Source of the DNA: a bacterium
Lineage (GTDB): Bacteria; Electryoneota; RPQS01
Direction of reading: 5' to 3'
NCBI GenBank assembly: GCA_023382385.1
Contig: JAHDVH010000001.1
Location: 900,850 to 964,849 of the forward strand
Length of the DNA: 64,000 bases
Shown piece after piece: positions 54,612-64,000 of the stretch. A program made the translations under genes and the position numbers. Under the pieces are notes generated by a model. It did no database searches. It saw only the letters and a list, made by a program, of their open reading frames with translations, and had not been told where the DNA came from. The first letter of the stretch is position 1, and every line of letters starts with the position of its first letter.

Positions 54612-56468
54612 ATGGCCGCTGACACCCCCTCCCCGCAACCTAACAAGCCGCTGATCCACGACGAAGCCTTCAGCGAGTTGACGTTTCGTGCCCTTGCATC
54701 GGGCATTATCGTCGGATCATTGATTGGCGCCTCTAATGTCTGCATCGGGCTGAAAATCGGCTGGACATTTGGCGCATCGATAACTGCAGCAGTCATTTCA
54801 TTTGCTTTGTTCAAGGCATTGGGCAACGTGCTCAGTAGGCCCTATAACGCCAAAGAGAATCTGATTACAGCCACATCCGGCAGCGCAGCCGGGACCATGG
54901 CCTCCGCAGGCGGTTTTGTGGCCTGCATTCCCGCCCTCGAACTCTACCTGCGCGAAACTTCAGGTCCGGGCAACGACTTGTCGTATTTTCAGCTGGTTTT
55001 GTGGGCAATTTCAATTGCGTTTCTCGGGGTGTTTTTCGCGGTACCGCTACGCAAGCAGATGATCGTGCGAGAGAAGTTACGCTTCCCCAGCGGGACAGCC
55101 GCTGCCGAGACGATCAAGGCAATGTATTCTTCTGGAGCCGAAGCGGTCAAGAAGGCAAAACTGCTATTCTACGCCGCTGCGGTAGCAGGCCTGATTAAGC
55201 TGCTGTTCAGCATTAAGCCGCTGGGAATCGGCCATTTTAGCGACTTTTCTTTGGACGATGTCGGCCTTGCCGGAATAGGAATTCTCGGCATATCGCTGGC
55301 ATCTCTGCGCATGGGAATCAGTCTCTCGCCAATGATGATCGGAGCTGGGATTCTGGTTGGTTCCAAAGTCGGCTGGTCGCTCTTCGCAGGGGCCATACTG
55401 GCATGGGGAATCGGCGCACCGATTCTGGTAGATCAGGGGATTGTGGTGGTCAAGGACCAGAGTGGTGTCTACCTTGCGGCATTTCGCTGGCTGCTTTGGC
55501 CCGGTGTGGCGTGCATGGTGGCTGCAGGATTTGCGAGTCTTGCTCTGCAATACAAGACAATAGGCAACACATTTGGCACGCTGAAGAGGCTGATGCAGGG
55601 CCGCAAGGTTGAAGCGGAAGCGGGCGACGAAGACGACGCGCCCGACCCGTTCCCGATCAAGTGGTGGGCCGTGGGCATGGTCCTCGCGACAACGCTTACG
55701 ACGGTGTTTGCGAAGCTGTATTTCGGGATTCCGGCATGGATGGGCATCCTTGCAGTTATCCTCTCATTCTTGATTGCCAGTATATCGGTACGCGCAACCG
55801 GCGAAACGGACATAAATCCGGTTGGCGCGATGGGCAAGATCACGCAGGTGGTGTATGGTGCACTCGATCCGGGCAAGATTCCGACCAACCTGATGGCCGC
55901 AGGCATCACCGCAGCAGGAGCGAGTCAGTCGGGCGATTTAATGCACGATTTGAAGGCAGGATACATCCTGAAGGTGTCCATTCGCAGGCAAGTTATCGCG
56001 CAGATCATCGGCGTAGTTGTCGGCGTGTTTGCCGCGGCGGCGGTCTATCGGCTGTTGACGGCCGCCTATCAGATCCCGGGCGACGACTTTACAGGTCCGG
56101 CCGTCATGGCTTGGCACGCAATGGCACAGTTACTGGCCAACGGCATAAAGTCATTGCCCGAATATGCGATGACTGCAGCGCTGGTGGGCGCGATAATCGG
56201 CTTCCTGATGCCCTTTGTGGCAAAGATCAAAGGTGTGGGCAAATGGCTGCCGTCGCCTATCGCGCTGGGTATCGCCTTCATGGTCACCCCCTATTCGTCA
56301 CTTGCGATGTGGCTCGGCGCGGTCATCACGTCGTATTACACGAAACGCAATCCGGACGCCGTTGACCGTTACGGGGCCTCGCTCGCATCGGGATTGATTG
56401 CAGGCGAAGGCTTGATGATGGTGGTGGTTGCGATTATGCTGATTCTCGGAGTGAGTTGGATCGGATAA
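54612..56468 (+). CDS. OPT-family oligopeptide transporter
   Basis: 618 aa, ~15 TM helices. N-terminal LTFRALASGIIVGSLIGASNVCIGLKIGWTFGASI is typical of the OPT superfamily. Confidence 0.75.
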   Translation: MAADTPSPQPNKPLIHDEAFSELTFRALASGIIVGSLIGASNVCIGLKIGWTFGASITAAVISFALFKALGNVLSRPYNAKENLITATSGSAAGTMASAGGFVACIPALELYLRETSGPGNDLSYFQLVLWAISIAFLGVFFAVPLRKQMIVREKLRFPSGTAAAETIKAMYSSGAEAVKKAKLLFYAAAVAGLIKLLFSIKPLGIGHFSDFSLDDVGLAGIGILGISLASLRMGISLSPMMIGAGILVGSKVGWSLFAGAILAWGIGAPILVDQGIVVVKDQSGVYLAAFRWLLWPGVACMVAAGFASLALQYKTIGNTFGTLKRLMQGRKVEAEAGDEDDAPDPFPIKWWAVGMVLATTLTTVFAKLYFGIPAWMGILAVILSFLIASISVRATGETDINPVGAMGKITQVVYGALDPGKIPTNLMAAGITAAGASQSGDLMHDLKAGYILKVSIRRQVIAQIIGVVVGVFAAAAVYRLLTAAYQIPGDDFTGPAVMAWHAMAQLLANGIKSLPEYAMTAALVGAIIGFLMPFVAKIKGVGKWLPSPIALGIAFMVTPYSSLAMWLGAVITSYYTKRNPDAVDRYGASLASGLIAGEGLMMVVVAIMLILGVSWIG

Positions 56469-56551
56469 CGACTAATTCGACCACGCAGTAATCCTTAGTG
56501 GCGGCGAAGTCCCTTAGCGACACACCGAACCTATTTAAGCGATAAGACAAC

Positions 56552-56588
56552 AGGCCCTTGGGAGTAATCTTGAGGGCCTTGCTTTTTG
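56552..56588 (+). terminator. intrinsic terminator
   Basis: aggcccttg/loop/cttgagggcct hairpin followed by tgcttttt. Confidence 0.6.
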
Positions 56589-56936
56589 CCTGCAATGCGA
56601 TAGAGGACAATTAAGTCTATGGTTTGTTGGCTCTTGACCCGTAAGGCCTCTCGGCCCCAGAGGCAGGGGAAGTTTGTGAAATTCCTCTCAATCGGCGCGA
56701 TTCGGCGGAGCAAATTGCTATCCTAATGTTTAGCAAGAGGGTAGTAAGCAACCGCTCACTTTGCAGTATTGGACTACAATGTAGATTCTTCGTAAATTTT
56801 GTATAGCTGAAGGAAGCGGCGCAGATATCTGCATGAGCGCTGATCAGCTTGCACGTATCATCCTATACTTACAGTGCGGAAATGTGACAAGTGCAGTCCG
56901 ATTTCGCACATCTACTGATTCAGGAGGAATCAAAGA

Positions 56937-58223
56937 ATGGCTGACAAGTCATTTAACGCTTTCGCCATGGCGCAAGCACAATTTGATAACACGGCGAAGC
57001 AGATTGGACTCGACCAAGCGGCGTGTGACCTGCTGCGTTTTCCACTACGCGAGTACTCGCTGGCGATTCCGGTGCGTATGGACAACGGCTCTGTCCACGT
57101 TTTTCGCGGTTTTCGGGTGCAACACAACGATGCGCGCGGTCCCGGCAAGGGCGGCATCCGCTTTCATCCGATGGAAACGCTTGATACGGTACGCGCATTG
57201 GCCATGTGGATGACCTGGAAGTGCAGCGTTGTGGACATTCCACTGGGCGGCAGCAAAGGCGGTGTGATCTGTGATCCGCACAATCTGAGTCATCGCGAGC
57301 AGGAGCAGATTTGCCGCGGCTGGGTGCGTCAGCTTGCCCGCGACATCGGACCGGTACGCGACGTTCCGGCACCGGACGTCATGACAAATTCGCAGCACAT
57401 GCTTTGGATGCTCGACGAATATGAGACAATTCACGGGGCAAAGTATCCGGGATTGATTACAGGCAAGCCCGTGGGGATGGGTGGTTCGCTGGGACGCACG
57501 GAAGCGACGGGTTACGGTGTCGTATACACGTTGCGGGAAGCCCTTAAGGAAAAAGGAATTAAGCCGGGCGACACGATTGCCAGTGTTCAAGGCTTCGGAA
57601 ATGTTGCGCAGTACGCCATCCGGCTTTACAATCAGTTAGGCGGAACGGTCATCGCGATTGCCTATTGGGACCAAAAGGATCAAACCGCGAGGACGTTGCG
57701 CAAGAAGGACGGTATTGACATCAACGCTCTGCTGAAGGTTACGGATCGCTTCGGAGGAGTCGACAAAGACAAGGCAAAGGACCTGGGCTACGAAGTTCTT
57801 CCGGGTGAAGCGTGGATAGAGCAGGAAGTGGACATCCTGATGCCGAATGCCATGGAGAATCAGGTGACGGCCGCCAATGTCGGCAAAATTTCCAAGCGTG
57901 TGAAGTTTATTGCCGAAGGAGCAAACGGACCCACCACGCCGGAAGCTGATGCAGAGATTTCGAAACGCGGAATTTTCATGCTTCCCGACTTGTTGGCCAA
58001 TGCCGGTGGTGTGACGTGCAGCTATTTCGAGCAGGTTCAGTGCAACATGAACTACTATTGGGAAAAGGACGAGGTCCTGAGCAAGCTTGATCTGAAGATG
58101 ACTTCAGCTTATCATGCCGTAAGCGAGCTGGCAAGCAAGAAGAAGCTCTATATGCGCGATGCCGCCTACACGATAGCCGTGGATCGCGTTGCTGCAGCGT
58201 GCCGAGATCGCGGCTGGGTGTAG
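56937..58223 (+). CDS. gdh: glutamate dehydrogenase (Glu/Leu/Phe/Val dehydrogenase family)
   Basis: GPGKGGIRFHP and the active-site IPLGGSKGGV lysine motif. NAD(P) Rossmann GFGNVAQ. AGGAGG upstream of the ATG. Confidence 0.9.
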   Translation: MADKSFNAFAMAQAQFDNTAKQIGLDQAACDLLRFPLREYSLAIPVRMDNGSVHVFRGFRVQHNDARGPGKGGIRFHPMETLDTVRALAMWMTWKCSVVDIPLGGSKGGVICDPHNLSHREQEQICRGWVRQLARDIGPVRDVPAPDVMTNSQHMLWMLDEYETIHGAKYPGLITGKPVGMGGSLGRTEATGYGVVYTLREALKEKGIKPGDTIASVQGFGNVAQYAIRLYNQLGGTVIAIAYWDQKDQTARTLRKKDGIDINALLKVTDRFGGVDKDKAKDLGYEVLPGEAWIEQEVDILMPNAMENQVTAANVGKISKRVKFIAEGANGPTTPEADAEISKRGIFMLPDLLANAGGVTCSYFEQVQCNMNYYWEKDEVLSKLDLKMTSAYHAVSELASKKKLYMRDAAYTIAVDRVAAACRDRGWV

Positions 58224-58261
58224 ATCTAACCTCACAAGTCCGCGCATAGGTTGGAAACAAG

Positions 58262-58296
58262 TGGAACCGGTCCGCGTGATCGGTTCCATTTTGTTC
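58262..58296 (+). terminator. intrinsic terminator
   Basis: tggaaccg/11-nt loop/cggttcca followed by ttttgttc. Confidence 0.7.
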
Positions 58297-58553
58297 TAAG
58301 AGGGAGGACAGTGCCTCTCTGCCCTGCAAAAAGTGCTGGGAAGGGCAGGATACCTGCGGAGACAGCACAGATGGGAAGGGTAATCACAATTGATTTGCGA
58401 GCTCAAGAGTTGTATCTTTTGTTGTTTGGCGGTAGAATCGGGTACCCAGTCCTCGAGGGGGATCGTGTGGCCTGGAGCAGTAGTGCGATTCCCGACAAAG
58501 TTCTGACAGTCGGGCAGTCGAAATCGATCTGATGAACAATAGCATGCGGAGCA

Positions 58554-61286
58554 ATGAAACAACTTGACGGCGAGTGGCGTTTAGCCATAGAATTACTTGA
58601 GCGCACGAATCAGGTTTTGTACTATCGTATTGCGCGCAAGCTGCTTATCCTCCTTTGCCGCGCTGGAAACGCGGAGGCATTGGAGCTATTGCATCTTCTC
58701 GGTACAGACCAAGCCTCTTCAGACGTTGACGGTTACGACAACGAGAATCAGCCCAGAGTACGCGAGAAGACCATCGACATCGCGACAATCAGCAACTCGA
58801 TCTTCCTGCTTGCGGCTAACAACCTGCCGAACGCCGAGATACTGCGTCACATGCAAGACTCGATGCAGCAGGATCGCGCGGGATTCCTGCTCAAGGCGGT
58901 TTCGGATCCCGCAGCAGACCTCGCAGAAGTGATCAGCGCCGTGAGGCGCTACGTTCAGTTGTCGCCGAAGACCATAGACCTGCCGGACTTTACCAAAAAG
59001 AGCATTCGCGTTGCGCTAATCCGGCGAATCTTTTCAGACGACCTGAACTACATTCGAATCGCGAAGGAGTATGTCAATCTTTACGATTTTCACAATCTCT
59101 TGAGCCGGCTGGTGCATCCAGCCGGCAGCCGCGGAAGATTAGGCGGCAAGAGTGCCGGACTGTTTCTTGCAGAGAGTATTCTTACAAAATACTGCGACAC
59201 GCACTCGAATCTTGCGGCCATTCGCGTGCCAAAGACATGGTACATCGCATCGGATGCACAAACCGGTTTTGTGCATTACAATAATCTCGAAGAAGTTGTC
59301 GAGCAGAAGTACAAAGATGTCTCGCAGGTTCGGCAGGAATATCCGCATATCATTCAGCTCTTCAAGAACTCGCAATTCCCGCTCGAGATGATTCAAGGAC
59401 TGTCGATGGCACTTGACGATTTCGGCGACAAGCCGCTCGTGGTTCGCAGTTCGAGCTTGCTCGAGGACCGTTTTGGAGCGGCATTCTCAGGGAAATACAA
59501 GAGTCTGTTTTTGGCCAATCAGGGAAGCAAACCTGAGCGGCTGAATGCCCTCATGGATGCTATCGCAGAAGTCTATTCGTCGACATTCGGTCCCGATCCA
59601 ATCGAGTATCGGATTGAGCGCGGGCTGGTAGACTTCCACGAGGAAATGAGTGTGATGATTCAGGAGGTTGTAGGGACGCGGGTCGGCAAGTACTACCTTC
59701 CCTCCTGGGCAGGTGTCGCCTTCAGCAACAATGAGTTTCGCTGGTCGCCACGCATACGACGGGAAGACGGACTGATTCGGATCGTGCCCGGATTGGGGAC
59801 TCGAGCAGTGGATCGATTGAGTGATGACTATCCTGTTTTGGCGGCTCCCGGTCAACCCAGTCTACGGGTAAATGTATCTGTGGACGAAATCGTTCGCTAT
59901 TCACCATCCAAGATTGACGTCATCAATCTCGAGAAGAACAGTTTTGAAACGATGGACCTCAGGCAGTTTCTTGAAGAGTGCGGCAACGAGCTTCCTGGCG
60001 TCGAGAATATGGTCTCGATCATTGATGATGACCGAATCCGCAAGCCATCACTGATCGGGATTGACTTTATGACTGACGCTTCGGTCGCGACATTCCGGTC
60101 GTTGTTTGAGAATACTCCGTTTCTTGATCAATTGCACACGATTCTCAAGACACTTGAGAACACGATGCAGACTCCGGTGGATATTGAGTTCGCTTCAGAC
60201 GGTGAGCACTTGTACCTGCTGCAATGTCGTCCGCAGAGCGCAACATTGGAAAGCGTGCCCGAAGTCATCCCTCACGACTTGCCTAACAGCGCAGTCTTGT
60301 TTACAGCAAACAAGTACGTATCGAATGGCGTCGTGCCCGATTTGACTCATATCGTCTATGTGGATCCGACAGGGTATGCGTCGCTGGAAAGCCTGACTGC
60401 GTTACGTGACGTGGGCAGAGCTATCGGCGAACTGAACAAAATGTTGCCGAAGCGCCAGTTCATCCTGATGGGTCCGGGCCGCTGGGGCAGCCGAGGGGAC
60501 ATCAAGCTTGGTGTGAGCGTGACCTATTCGGACATCAACAATACAGCGGTTCTGACGGAAATAGCCCGCCGAACGGGGAAGTATACACCGGATCTATCTT
60601 TCGGCACGCACTTTTTTCAGGACTTGGTTGAGGCAGGGATTCGATACCTGCCACTTTATCCCGACGAGGAAGGAATCACGTTCAACGAGGAACTGCTATT
60701 GAGCTCGAAAAACGAACTTCCAGACTTGCTGCCGAAATACAGACAGCTTGAGCACGTTGTGCGAGTGATTGACGTGCGTGCCGCGACGGGAGGGAAGGTG
60801 TTGAAGGTGCTGATGAACGCTGAACTCAATGAAGCTGTTGGACTGTTCTCACATCCCTCCGGATCGCAGGCTCGCAGGCATCCTGCAGGTGCGCCTCAAG
60901 TAAGCTACGAGAAGTTTAACCACTGGGGTTGGAGGCGGGACATGGCCGAGAGGATAGCGCAGAACATTAGTCCTTCCGCGTTCGGCGTGAAGGCGATGTA
61001 TCTTGCGGGAAGTTCGAAGGAAAGCACGGCAGGACCGACCAGTAAGATTGAGTTAATTATTCGATTTGCGGGCAGCGATGAGCAGAAGAAATCGCTTGAA
61101 CAATGGCTTAACGGCTGGAGTCTGTGTTTAGAAGAAGTGAACTTCCAAAAGACCGGCTACCGCGGCGGCGGGATGCTTGACGTGCACTTGATTTCGGATG
61201 AGGACTTGGAACGGCAATCTGAACTTGCCGTAGAGCTTGAAGCAATCACCGATTCTGCGCAAGAACTGCCACTCGGCAAGCGATAA
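58554..61286 (+). CDS. PEP/pyruvate-binding (PPDK_N ATP-grasp) domain protein with nucleotidyltransferase-like C-terminus
   Basis: GGKSAGLFLAE and VVRSSSLLEDRFGAAFSGKYKSLFL match PEP synthase/PPDK N-terminal motifs. I see no phosphohistidine swivel motif. C-terminal segment AMYLAGSSKESTAGPTSKIELIIRF is NTase-like. Confidence 0.65.
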   Translation: MKQLDGEWRLAIELLERTNQVLYYRIARKLLILLCRAGNAEALELLHLLGTDQASSDVDGYDNENQPRVREKTIDIATISNSIFLLAANNLPNAEILRHMQDSMQQDRAGFLLKAVSDPAADLAEVISAVRRYVQLSPKTIDLPDFTKKSIRVALIRRIFSDDLNYIRIAKEYVNLYDFHNLLSRLVHPAGSRGRLGGKSAGLFLAESILTKYCDTHSNLAAIRVPKTWYIASDAQTGFVHYNNLEEVVEQKYKDVSQVRQEYPHIIQLFKNSQFPLEMIQGLSMALDDFGDKPLVVRSSSLLEDRFGAAFSGKYKSLFLANQGSKPERLNALMDAIAEVYSSTFGPDPIEYRIERGLVDFHEEMSVMIQEVVGTRVGKYYLPSWAGVAFSNNEFRWSPRIRREDGLIRIVPGLGTRAVDRLSDDYPVLAAPGQPSLRVNVSVDEIVRYSPSKIDVINLEKNSFETMDLRQFLEECGNELPGVENMVSIIDDDRIRKPSLIGIDFMTDASVATFRSLFENTPFLDQLHTILKTLENTMQTPVDIEFASDGEHLYLLQCRPQSATLESVPEVIPHDLPNSAVLFTANKYVSNGVVPDLTHIVYVDPTGYASLESLTALRDVGRAIGELNKMLPKRQFILMGPGRWGSRGDIKLGVSVTYSDINNTAVLTEIARRTGKYTPDLSFGTHFFQDLVEAGIRYLPLYPDEEGITFNEELLLSSKNELPDLLPKYRQLEHVVRVIDVRAATGGKVLKVLMNAELNEAVGLFSHPSGSQARRHPAGAPQVSYEKFNHWGWRRDMAERIAQNISPSAFGVKAMYLAGSSKESTAGPTSKIELIIRFAGSDEQKKSLEQWLNGWSLCLEEVNFQKTGYRGGGMLDVHLISDEDLERQSELAVELEAITDSAQELPLGKR

Positions 61287-61436
61287 GAGTGACCATGCGC
61301 AGCTCACGTACACAAAATTGAGAGACAGAGCCGATTGCCTTTGCCGAGACCGGATGATTGCCGCATCCGAGCGTCAGGGCAATCGACCAGGAATACAATT
61401 GCAGCTTAGACCAACACAGGAAAGCAGGATAATACC

Positions 61437-62945
61437 ATGGCAGAGAAGAAGAAACCGCTGACGACAAGTCAGGGTGCACCAGTACCCGACGACTTGAATA
61501 CAAAGACCGCAGGAGAGCGCGGACCGGCTCTCGTGCAGGACATTCATCTATTTGATAAGCTCGCACACTTTGACCGCGAACGGATTCCCGAACGGGTAGT
61601 GCACGCAAAAGGCGCGGGTGCGTGGGGATTCTTTGAAGTGACGCACGACATGTCAAGATACACACGCGCCAAGTTCTTGTCCAAGGTTGGAAACCGCACA
61701 GACGTATTCGCGCGATTCTCTACTGTCGGCGGCGAGAAGGGTTCAGCAGACACCGAACGGGATCCGCGAGGATTTGCAGTCAAGTTCTTTACAGAAGAAG
61801 GAAACTACGATTTCGTCGGGAACAACACTCCGGTCTTCTTCCTGCGAGATCCGTTGAAGTTTCCGGATTTCATTCACACACAGAAGCGAAATCCGGCAAC
61901 AAACCTCAAGGATCCGGACATGTTCTGGGACTTTCTCTCGCTGACTCCGGAATCCATTCATCAAGTGACGATTCTGTTTTCGGACCGTGGCACGCCTTAC
62001 GGATACCGTCACATGCACGGTTTCAGCGGACACACGTTCATGTGGTATAACGAAAAGAATGAGTATGTGTGGGTGAAGATTCACTTCAAGAGCGAATTAG
62101 GATCTAAGACGCTCACCCGTGAAGAAGCAGGCAGGCTCGCAGGAGAGGATCCGGACTTCGCGACACGCGACCTGCACGCAGCAATCGAAAAGGGCGAGTT
62201 TCCCGCTTGGAAGGTCTACGTGCAGATCATGACTCCCGAACAGGTTGAGAAGTATCGCTTCAATTCGTTTGACATCACAAAAGTCTGGCCGCACGCGGAC
62301 GCCCCGCTGCAGCCGTTGGGCCGGATGGTTCTGAATCGAAATCCAAAGAATTACTTTGCTGAAACGGAGCAAGCCGCTTTTTCGCCGGGCACCGTGGTGC
62401 CGGGGATTGCGCCATCGCCTGATAAAATGCTGCAGGGGAGGCTCTTCAGCTATCACGACACACACCGCCATCGCCTCGGCACAAACTACCACCTGATTCC
62501 GGTCAATGCGCCGCGTGTCACTGGGGAGCACAATTACCAACGCGACGGCGCGATGCGCACTGACGACAACGGCGAAGGTGCGCCGAACTACTGGCCGAAT
62601 AGCTTCGGCGGCCCGACACCTGAACCGTCGTATGCCGAGCCTCCAGTTCCTCTGACCGGAGTGATTGACCGGTTTGGCTACGAGCTGACGGAAGATGATT
62701 TTGTGCAACCCGCGGCTCTGTTTAGAAAGGTTATGACAGACACGGATCGCACACACCTGATCTCCAACATCGTAGCACACTTGAAGAACGCTCAGGTGAG
62801 GATTCAGAAACGTCAGACGGCTCTTTTCTACAAGGTCGACAAAGAGTATGGAGAGCGAGTCGCCCAGGGATTGGGTCTGCAAGCGAACGAGATCGCGAAG
62901 CTCGCGGCCATGACTCAGAGCGAGCGTGTCAAGGCGACTTCATAA
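61437..62945 (+). CDS. katA: monofunctional haem catalase (small-subunit type)
   Basis: [18 protein letters not shown] active-site histidine signature. [14 protein letters not shown] proximal tyrosine region. 502 aa. Confidence 0.95.
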   Translation: MAEKKKPLTTSQGAPVPDDLNTKTAGERGPALVQDIHLFDKLAHFDRERIPERVVHAKGAGAWGFFEVTHDMSRYTRAKFLSKVGNRTDVFARFSTVGGEKGSADTERDPRGFAVKFFTEEGNYDFVGNNTPVFFLRDPLKFPDFIHTQKRNPATNLKDPDMFWDFLSLTPESIHQVTILFSDRGTPYGYRHMHGFSGHTFMWYNEKNEYVWVKIHFKSELGSKTLTREEAGRLAGEDPDFATRDLHAAIEKGEFPAWKVYVQIMTPEQVEKYRFNSFDITKVWPHADAPLQPLGRMVLNRNPKNYFAETEQAAFSPGTVVPGIAPSPDKMLQGRLFSYHDTHRHRLGTNYHLIPVNAPRVTGEHNYQRDGAMRTDDNGEGAPNYWPNSFGGPTPEPSYAEPPVPLTGVIDRFGYELTEDDFVQPAALFRKVMTDTDRTHLISNIVAHLKNAQVRIQKRQTALFYKVDKEYGERVAQGLGLQANEIAKLAAMTQSERVKATS

Positions 62946-62965
62946 TTGATTTTCTGATCGAACGT

Positions 62966-63004
62966 AAAGCGGGTTAGCCATTCAGCTAACCCGCTTTCAT
63001 TTCA
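62966..63004. terminator. bidirectional intrinsic terminator
   Basis: aaagcgggttagc/cattca/gctaacccgcttt hairpin between convergent genes. Confidence 0.65.
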
Positions 63005-63019
63005 GCAAGTGGAATCACC

Positions 63020-64000
63020 CTAAAAGTCTTCGCCGGTTTCATCGCCTCGGCCGTTTTGTTTCTTCTTGAAATTGTTAAAGGAATAACCGACGCTCAGGGT
63101 AAAGACGGGTGCATCCATTGACGAGTAGTTGTAGCTGTAAAGACCGGGGGATTCGCTGGTGGACTCACGCTTGCCTGTGGCAAATATATCTCGGACCTGC
63201 AATGCAACGTTCAAACGGCGATCGAGAAAGTCCTGACGAATCGCTCCGTTAAGAGTGGCCGACGCTTCAGTTGTTCCTTGCGACGTCACAGAAGGTCCGC
63301 GATACTGCCCGTCCAACTGAAGTCGAGTGGACCGCAGAATTGTCGTGATGCTACTCAGTTTTCCGTCGTAAGAGAAGTCATGCTCATCAAAAGAAATCCC
63401 GTTCGCTTCACCTTTGACGCGTTGATCGTAGAAACTGCCGGACAGAGTCAAATTCCAGCCTCTTTGAACCTGAATATCCGTGCGAAGCTCCGTTCCCAAT
63501 GAGAATTGCCGGCCAACGTTTTCAGGCCTTTCGAGCCTCACATTCTCCGAATAAACACTTTGCAGCCGCTCAACGTTGTTGTGCTTGACCCGATAGAAGC
63601 CTTCAACCGAAACAAACTGCTTAAGCACGCTTGTCTGATATCCAAGTTCGTAGGAGTCAATAAACTCAGGCTTCAAACCGGGGTTTCCGCTGCGCACGCT
63701 GTAGGCATCTTCCCAGCTCAAGAATGGTTCCAAATCCCACGGACGGGAATGCTGGACGCGTCTCGTGTAGCTGAGAATGGCTTGCTTACCTCCGCCGAAA
63801 TTGTATGCCGAGTGAGCGGTTGGGTAAAGGTCGAATCGCGAAATTGAAAACTCCTCACTTGTCTGCACGCGCTCGATGGTGCGATCAAGATATTCGCCGC
63901 GAAGTCCAAATTGATATTCAATCGGACCACCTTCATCCGCATACATGGTGTAGAACGCAGGAAGATTCCGACGAAACCTCGTGGAGTTTCTTTGTTGCGG
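63020..64000 (-). CDS. outer-membrane beta-barrel protein (TonB-dependent receptor-like / OMP_b-brl_3 C-terminal barrel; 5' end outside window)
   Basis: Frame stays open to nt 64000. Alternating amphipathic beta-strands. C-terminal ...FTLSVGYSFNNFKKK... is typical of FCB-group barrel proteins. Confidence 0.6.
   Translation of the reverse strand, partial: PQQRNSTRFRRNLPAFYTMYADEGGPIEYQFGLRGEYLDRTIERVQTSEEFSISRFDLYPTAHSAYNFGGGKQAILSYTRRVQHSRPWDLEPFLSWEDAYSVRSGNPGLKPEFIDSYELGYQTSVLKQFVSVEGFYRVKHNNVERLQSVYSENVRLERPENVGRQFSLGTELRTDIQVQRGWNLTLSGSFYDQRVKGEANGISFDEHDFSYDGKLSSITTILRSTRLQLDGQYRGPSVTSQGTTEASATLNGAIRQDFLDRRLNVALQVRDIFATGKRESTSESPGLYSYNYSSMDAPVFTLSVGYSFNNFKKKQNGRGDETGEDF

Noticed and set aside
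62097-62882. 261-aa ORF antisense to the catalase gene, and similar long shadow ORFs (e.g. 55661-56365 inside the OPT gene, 6077-6703 inside the polyferredoxin gene, 29552-30316 opposite portal, 24837-25451 opposite capsid)
   Set aside because: Each lies entirely within, or opposite to, a gene with strong family signatures. Their translations are Arg/His/Val-rich with no motifs, which is typical of GC-rich shadow frames.
1-64000. Scan for CRISPR arrays, rRNA, transposases/IS ends, reverse transcriptases (DGR, retron, group II intron) and invertases
   Set aside because: I saw no regularly spaced direct repeats, no rRNA-like stretches and no ORF with DDE, RT (YxDD) or serine-invertase motifs. 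The only recombinase is the tyrosine integrase at 51791-52924.

Overview
This 64-kb bacterial chromosomal window is interrupted at 10475-52977 (~42.5 kb) by a complete-looking temperate tailed prophage. The prophage is integrated into the 3' half of a tRNA-Glu(CUC) gene, with perfect 42-bp attL/attR direct repeats and a tyrosine integrase next to attR.

Left host flank: a 5'-truncated beta-helix surface protein, a tandem-USP protein, a class-V PLP enzyme, a small membrane protein, a NapH-like polyferredoxin, a secreted TPR-like protein, a PiT phosphate transporter with its PhoU-like DUF47 partner, and tRNA-Glu behind a consensus sigma70 promoter.

The prophage lies almost entirely on the minus strand. 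Read right to left:
- a CI-like repressor (plus strand) divergent from an early operon: tandem Xis-type HTH protein, DUF932 protein, YqaJ exonuclease plus SSAP recombinase, a 0.4-kb structured non-coding gap, RuvC-like resolvase, Tlde1/DUF2778-like L,D-transpeptidase-fold protein, DUF4373-like replication protein;
- small and large terminase, portal, an inserted ParB-methyltransferase, and a Mu-F/SPP1-gp7 head morphogenesis protein;
- a protease/scaffold-capsid fusion, connector proteins and the major tail protein;
- a -1 frameshifted G/GT chaperone, tape measure, a LamG-bearing tail fibre and a putative lysis cassette.

Between repressor and integrase sits a plus-strand cargo block. It holds a 3-gene moron cassette and two Sec/T9SS-sorted proteins: a 547-aa FG-GAP propeller carrying a G9 tract, and a 2031-aa, AT-richer double beta-helix giant.

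Right host flank: a PaaK/CapK-like adenylating enzyme, an OPT transporter, glutamate dehydrogenase, a PPDK_N-domain protein, catalase and a 5'-truncated outer-membrane beta-barrel.

I saw no rRNA, CRISPR array, transposase or reverse transcriptase. The most unusual feature is the phage-borne T9SS cargo locus. All homology statements come from motif recognition by eye and need HMM or structure confirmation.
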